Source: a virus
Taxonomy: Duplodnaviria; Caudoviricetes
DNA: 64,000 nt
Virus record (IMG/VR): IMGVR_UViG_3300042890_004365
Location: 10,510 to 74,509 of that record
Direction: 5' to 3' (one strand)
Positions 59,157-64,000 of the stretch are shown here, piece after piece; position 1 is the stretch's first letter, and each line of letters begins with the position of its first letter. Both the position numbers and the translations under genes were made by a program. The notes under the pieces are model-generated. The model had not been told where the DNA came from. It did not search any database and worked only from the letters and a program-made list of their open reading frames with translations.

Positions 59157-59288
59157 CTAAAAATTAAATAAGTTTTTTATCTTTTTCTTTCTTATATAAT
59201 TCCTAGGAACAAAATTTGCAGTTGTAAAACCCGGATCTGAGACTAAATCAAATGTTTGTATATTAAATTGAGTGTAATCCATTTCCAT
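59157..59288 (-). CDS. 43-aa protein carrying a prohead-protease-like DxVxDPGF strand (not in the ORF track)
   Basis: MEMDYTQFNIQTFDLVSDPGFTTANFVPRNYIRKKKIKNLFNF*; overlaps the 3' end of gp55. Confidence 0.6.
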   Translation of the reverse strand: MEMDYTQFNIQTFDLVSDPGFTTANFVPRNYIRKKKIKNLFNF

Positions 59289-59628
59289 CGTTGGCACCAT
59301 TTATTGAGATAAGTCTAATTAAATGTTCATTATCTCCTTTCTTTTTATAAAGGTCATTCCATCCTTTAGCCAATCCTCTTTTAAAGATTTCTGTAAAATA
59401 AGCAAATGCATTGATTGATTTGTCTTCATTAAAATTGAACCAGTTTTGAAACATATCCAGTAAACCACTTTGGTAGCAATCTAGCTTGTCATCATTTGAC
59501 CAGTATCTCATCTTTCTTATTGTCTTTTTTGCTAATAACTCTAGCATTTTCTCCGCATTTCTTGTTAGTCGACCTTGTGCTTTTGACACAATGATCTCGA
59601 TGTATAATTCTTTATTATTTAAGTACAT
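59263..59628 (-). CDS. Late-transcription sigma factor (gp55-like)
   Basis: YLNNKELY start, NFNEDKSINAFAYFTEI motif; start ATG 59628 (or 59637). Confidence 0.8.
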   Translation of the reverse strand: MYLNNKELYIEIIVSKAQGRLTRNAEKMLELLAKKTIRKMRYWSNDDKLDCYQSGLLDMFQNWFNFNEDKSINAFAYFTEIFKRGLAKGWNDLYKKKGDNEHLIRLISINGANDGNGLHSI

Positions 59629-59630
59629 AT

Positions 59631-59674
59631 ATAGCATTTATTTTTTTTTTCAGAGTTGAACTCTGTAATGCTAT
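59631..59674 (-). promoter_or_regulatory. Stem-loop in the gp55 leader
   Basis: atagcatt/aatgctat (8 bp) plus cagagt/actctg (6 bp) enclosing an A-rich bulge next to the start codon. Confidence 0.5.
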
Positions 59675-59770
59675 TCATTCATGTTATATATATTTGTTAA
59701 AAAAAGTTTAAAAAAAAATACTCAAACAAAAGTTTGAGTATTTTTTATATTATTTAATCCAAAAAGATGA

Positions 59771-60145
59771 CTAAACCAAAGTTTTATCAAAGAAAAATCT
59801 CGTACCAAATCCAGCTTCAACAACTTTGTCTTTAGGAAGTCCCTCGAACATAATACTATTCTTTCCAAAATCATATACACCTGAGGAATTAACACAAACC
59901 TTCATAAGTTCTTGTCCTTTATATTTTATACAAATAACTTTAGTACTCCAATTTTCTCCATACTCGTTGCCTCCAGAATTCTTCTCTATAGTCTCAGAAG
60001 ATTCTATATCATCATCTCCAATAAGTTCCTTCAATTTATCTTCTAAAGAGGATGCACTAATATAGTCATTATTATCATCTATCCAGTTATCTATTTCTTC
60101 TGATATATCATTGTTAAAATTTTCAAATAATTTTATATGTTTCAT
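59771..60145 (-). CDS. Hypothetical protein, candidate internal head protein
   Basis: Start revised to ATG 60145 (MKHIKLFENF); terminator at 59711-59746. Confidence 0.7.
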   Translation of the reverse strand: MKHIKLFENFNNDISEEIDNWIDDNNDYISASSLEDKLKELIGDDDIESSETIEKNSGGNEYGENWSTKVICIKYKGQELMKVCVNSSGVYDFGKNSIMFEGLPKDKVVEAGFGTRFFFDKTLV

Positions 60146-60194
60146 ATTATATTTTTTTGTTTTTTTTTGATTGTCCGGACAATCAATTTGTTTT

Positions 60195-60851
60195 TTATTC
60201 TTTTTTCTCACTGGCATATTTAACACCCATGATTGTACCTACAATAGAAAAGGCATTTGTTAAAAGTATTCCAAACATATTACTCCAAGTTGAACCAATA
60301 ATTTGTGTATCAGCACCGCTGAATAAAGCAATTCCATACATTATTGTTGTTGTTACACCAACACCCATAATTACATAAAGAGCCACTTTTACAATTGTAC
60401 TGATAAGTTCTGTTTGAGATTTCTTTTGTACAATTTCCAAATCATCTAAGGCAGCATCCTTAGCATCCTCTGCTAGTTTTTTTGCTAACTCAGTAACTTC
60501 TAATGCAGTCTTTAACTCTTCATTGATTCTTTCATTTTCAATCTTTGACACAAGAAGATCTTTATTTGCTAACTCTATAACTTCCAATGTTTCTTTTAAC
60601 TCTTCATTGATTCTTTCATTTTCTACCTGTGATACAAGAAGATCTTTATTTTGTATTTGTACTTGTTTTGTAACATCAAGTCTTCTCCTTCTTGTTTCTT
60701 TATCTTTATCGAGACAATCTTTAATGTATTTAGAAAATTCATCATCACCAGGTTCTGCTTCAATAATTTTTAGAATGTTACCTTCAAGAAATACTTTTTT
60801 TAATTTCTGAATATCTAAGAGTAAGTCTCTTGTAATTTTATCTACCTTCAT
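60195..60851 (-). CDS. Coiled-coil protein with two C-terminal TM helices
   Basis: Tandem 28-aa duplication NKDLLVS..ENERINEELK..LEV.ELA, then two hydrophobic helices. Confidence 0.7.
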   Translation of the reverse strand: MKVDKITRDLLLDIQKLKKVFLEGNILKIIEAEPGDDEFSKYIKDCLDKDKETRRRRLDVTKQVQIQNKDLLVSQVENERINEELKETLEVIELANKDLLVSKIENERINEELKTALEVTELAKKLAEDAKDAALDDLEIVQKKSQTELISTIVKVALYVIMGVGVTTTIMYGIALFSGADTQIIGSTWSNMFGILLTNAFSIVGTIMGVKYASEKKE

Positions 60852-60875
60852 ATTTTAAATATATCTTTAATTGAA

Positions 60876-60916
60876 CATTGCTGATCTCAGACCCGAAGGT
60901 TTAGAAATCAGCAATG
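60876..60916 (-). other. Long intergenic hairpin with C(UUCG)G tetraloop
   Basis: Minus strand cattgctgat-ttctaaacc-ttcg-ggtctgag-atcagcaatg. Confidence 0.6.
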
Positions 60917-60943
60917 CTATGAATAATAACTTGTTTAGTTATC

Positions 60944-62227
60944 TTATCCTTTTATTCTTTCTTTATATTGTAATTCTTTAACTGCACTTAATTCAGTAGA
61001 AAGATTAGCTTGTCTTTTTTCTAAGTTAGATAAAGCAGTTGTTAAAACTTCTGATTCACCAATCATTTTTAAAGAACCTTTAACTTTATCAATGTTAAAT
61101 TCAACATCTTCTAATTTAAGAGTAATTTCTCTTTCTTTATCTTCAAGTTTTCTTTTAACAATTAATTCTTTACTTAGTTTGTTTTCGTAGAAATAAGTTA
61201 AATCATAGTTTAATTCGTTTCTTACTTCATTTACTAATTCTAATGCTGATTCATATTTAAAGAATGAGTTACCATATCTTTCATCACATCTGTAAACAAA
61301 TGTATTGTTTTTGTAATTGAATGCAAATACTTCTAAATAAGGATTTACTAGGTTATTAACTCTTTTTACAACATCTAATTCAACAAATTTATCTAAGTTT
61401 TTAGAAGTTTCTAATAAAACTGGATAAAAGTTTTTGTTAACAATAGGAATAATTGGAGAGTTAAATAAACTTTCTAATGTAGTTTCTTCATTTAATTCGT
61501 CATCATTAATGAATAAACCACTTTTTTTACCAACTGATAAACCAATTGTTAAATATTCTGAAATTCTAAAATTAATTCTACTTTCAGTAACAGTTGAGTA
61601 TTTCATTGCAGTTTCCAAAGTTCTTAAACTTCTTAATGTAGTCTCATCTTTAATATGATTTTCTAATAATGTTTTTTCAATTGAATTTTCAGTCAATAAA
61701 AACCAAGAATCTCTAACCAAAGCAACATGTCCTTCTTCAACTTGTTCTACAACAGTAAAGATTGACTCTCCACTACCACCACTTAAAAGATTAGATCTTT
61801 TTTCTGGAGATTTTGTTAAGTTATGAACAAATACTTTAATTTCTGGAACCCAGTCATAAATAGCTAATTCATTAAGAATTTTTGACATTCTATCTTGATC
61901 TGTCTCAAGATTAATTGTTTGTAATAAAACATTTATAGGTTGTCTGTAAAGTTCTCCTTGATTTCTTGTATTAAGAACACCATATAGATTTTTCAATTCG
62001 TATAGTAATTCAAATGTAGCCATATCATCATTAAGACCTTCTAATAATACCTTTACACCTTTATCATAAGTATAAGGTTTTAATCTTTCATTAAGAGAAG
62101 TAATTATAGTTTTCTCTGAATGTTGATTACAAGCATTCATATGTCCTTCTACAATCGTAGATATTTCTTCTTGATCAAGAGAAAGATCCTTTTTGAAGTT
62201 AAACAATTCAAGTTTAAGATTCTTCAT
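60944..62227 (-). CDS. Late hypothetical protein with C-terminal coiled coil, possibly structural
   Basis: Late box at 62257; several LNE/LLE motifs. Confidence 0.65.
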   Translation of the reverse strand: MKNLKLELFNFKKDLSLDQEEISTIVEGHMNACNQHSEKTIITSLNERLKPYTYDKGVKVLLEGLNDDMATFELLYELKNLYGVLNTRNQGELYRQPINVLLQTINLETDQDRMSKILNELAIYDWVPEIKVFVHNLTKSPEKRSNLLSGGSGESIFTVVEQVEEGHVALVRDSWFLLTENSIEKTLLENHIKDETTLRSLRTLETAMKYSTVTESRINFRISEYLTIGLSVGKKSGLFINDDELNEETTLESLFNSPIIPIVNKNFYPVLLETSKNLDKFVELDVVKRVNNLVNPYLEVFAFNYKNNTFVYRCDERYGNSFFKYESALELVNEVRNELNYDLTYFYENKLSKELIVKRKLEDKEREITLKLEDVEFNIDKVKGSLKMIGESEVLTTALSNLEKRQANLSTELSAVKELQYKERIKG

Positions 62228-62297
62228 ATTTCTAATTTATTATTTTTTTATATTACTATATATTAAGGGAAAAAAGCCATTTTTTTCCTTTTTTATT

Positions 62298-63191
62298 TTA
62301 TTTCTTATTATTTCCCAAATCACCATTAGGATTATCATATCTTCTAGAGTTTTGCTCTCTGGATCTTAGAATATTATTAAACCAACGTGTTCTCTTCGGA
62401 GTCGTAAAAAATCCAGCATTTGACTCACCTGCAGTAGATCCACCTCGAACATTATTAAAAAAGTCAGAATAACCACCTTCTAATGTATATCCATTTAGAT
62501 CTGACATACCACCATTTTCTTTTGTATAACCAGGAAAGTCAACTCTATCTCTTCTAAATGCCGGATAATAAGTCTGTACTTCAAATGAAACGGTCATTTT
62601 TATTGAATTATCGGCCGTTAAATTCTTTTCCCTAGTCATCTCAATAGTATTTGAGTCTGGCATTAAGATAACTGCATCAATATTCATAAAATTATGTTCA
62701 AAATACATAAATTTATATATCCACAACGTATCCATAATAGCCTGACTACACTTAAAACTATCTATCTCACTTGATAAAGTAATTACCAAGTCATAACTAA
62801 CTGTTACAGGAACTGCTCTAATTCGACCTAGAACTTTTTTTATTTCAACTTCATTCTCAACAACAGTTCTTAACCAAACATTTGGATTTGCAAATTCATC
62901 TGAACGAATTGCAAATGACTTCATAGTTAGATGTCCTCTTGGTATAATATCAGTATTTAATTCAAGATATCTACCATTTCCAGTAGAATCACCAGAAACT
63001 ATATCGTCAGTAAATGTGTCTAACAAAAATCTTTCATCACCAGTCATTGAATAGTAGAAAGGAACTTCTACAAATTTATCACCTGAGGTAAATTTATTTA
63101 CCCATTTTACTTGGCCTTCTAGTGTATCTAATACACAGATGGTTAAATCTCTAAAGAATACGTCTTCAAAATTAAATCTATCTCCAATCAT
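62298..63191 (-). CDS. Tail sheath stabiliser/terminator (gp15-like)
   Basis: EVPFYY..DERFL, IPRG, AVPVTVSYDL, FEVQTYYP pattern; late box at 63197. Confidence 0.65.
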   Translation of the reverse strand: MIGDRFNFEDVFFRDLTICVLDTLEGQVKWVNKFTSGDKFVEVPFYYSMTGDERFLLDTFTDDIVSGDSTGNGRYLELNTDIIPRGHLTMKSFAIRSDEFANPNVWLRTVVENEVEIKKVLGRIRAVPVTVSYDLVITLSSEIDSFKCSQAIMDTLWIYKFMYFEHNFMNIDAVILMPDSNTIEMTREKNLTADNSIKMTVSFEVQTYYPAFRRDRVDFPGYTKENGGMSDLNGYTLEGGYSDFFNNVRGGSTAGESNAGFFTTPKRTRWFNNILRSREQNSRRYDNPNGDLGNNKK

Positions 63192-63238
63192 ACAAGTATA
63201 TATTAAAAAATATAAGTCTCTAATTTAATATATACTTT

Positions 63239-63793
63239 ATGAATTATATCAAACTATTTGAAGATTTTACATTCTCTGATTTATACGATAAGAATAAATG
63301 GGTTGAACTTTCTATGGAAGATAGAAAAAAACTAAAAAAAGAGATATGGGAAATTGTTGACCTAGCATATAAACCACTTGGTGGTCATGTTAGAATATCA
63401 AGCCCTGATGCAGTAGTAAATGATCCAGACTTAACTTTTTGGACCGCAGTTGATATAGATAATGATCCTCACGCAGATGTTGTTATATTCTCTAGAGAAT
63501 CTCACGGACATAAAATTTCTGGCTGGGGTCATGATGGAACAAAGGAAGCTAGAAAGGAACTAATGAAACAATTGATTATCCTATTACATAAAGAAGGATT
63601 TTGGATTGAAGTTTCAGGAAGACCAGCAGAGATACTTATAAGTGCAGATTGTAAATATTGTGATAAACAAACTGTTAGTAAAATCTTTCCTAACTCAGAG
63701 ATAAACTGGATAAGAAAAGGTCTTTACACAAGAACTCTTCCAGACCATACTGTAACAGAAGAAGAATACTTAATTGGTCGTCCAAAAGTATAA
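63239..63793 (+). CDS. Hypothetical protein, candidate internal head protein
   Basis: MNYIKLFEDF start; late box at 63225. Confidence 0.7.
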   Translation: MNYIKLFEDFTFSDLYDKNKWVELSMEDRKKLKKEIWEIVDLAYKPLGGHVRISSPDAVVNDPDLTFWTAVDIDNDPHADVVIFSRESHGHKISGWGHDGTKEARKELMKQLIILLHKEGFWIEVSGRPAEILISADCKYCDKQTVSKIFPNSEINWIRKGLYTRTLPDHTVTEEEYLIGRPKV

Positions 63794-63839
63794 ACTTTTT
63801 CGATAATTTTTGATATACTCATGAGAAAATGAGATAAAT

Positions 63840-64000
63840 ATGTCAGTAAATAAATTATTATTATGGGAAAAGTGGCGTCCGAAAACTATCGAAGACATCA
63901 TATTACTTCCAAGAATTAGAAAAGAATTAGAAAGTGGTGTAAACCAACACTATATCTTTCACGGTCACTACGGAACCGGTAAAACTAGTTTAGCTAGAAT
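63840..64000 (+). CDS. Clamp loader ATPase subunit (gp44/RFC-like), 5' part only
   Basis: MSVNKLLLWEKWRPKTIEDIIL...GHYGTGKTSLAR (WxEKxRP plus Walker A); TAAAC-N18-TATACT at 63791-63819. Confidence 0.88.
   Translation, partial: MSVNKLLLWEKWRPKTIEDIILLPRIRKELESGVNQHYIFHGHYGTGKTSLAR

Noticed and set aside
1-64000. Stop-codon reassignment as in some Bacteroidota megaphages
   Set aside because: Core genes are full length in code 11, and TAG/TGA end genes at sensible positions

Overview
AT-rich 64-kb segment of a large T4-like (myovirus-type) jumbo phage, standard genetic code. The host is most likely Bacteroidota: TAnnTTTG promoter boxes, no Shine-Dalgarno motifs, a Bacteroidota-type lipoprotein. 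All protein calls come from motif recognition by eye; no database search was run. The window holds baseplate/lysis genes (gp5-like hub, lysozyme, M15 peptidase), head genes (portal, prohead protease-scaffold fusion, major capsid, gp2, gp4), a gp15-like tail gene, replication genes (primase, C-terminal half of a split family-B polymerase, probable clamp, clamp loader, UvsW, UvsY), a gp55-like sigma, Dam-like MTase, NADAR, two HNH endonucleases, and translation/proteostasis genes (tmRNA, RNase R, ClpP, NFACT-R, IF3, several peptidases). Best leads: (1) about 15 unrelated proteins share a T4 capsid-targeting-like N-terminal tag and mostly sit behind one late promoter, suggesting a large virion-delivered cargo; (2) a degenerate prohead-protease paralogue appears split over two genes, one an unannotated 43-aa ORF; (3) a phage ribosome-rescue toolkit with an unusual long-tag tmRNA; (4) three readable promoter classes; (5) a second shared short motif, R-x-x-K-[IL]-x-x-L, in six small proteins.
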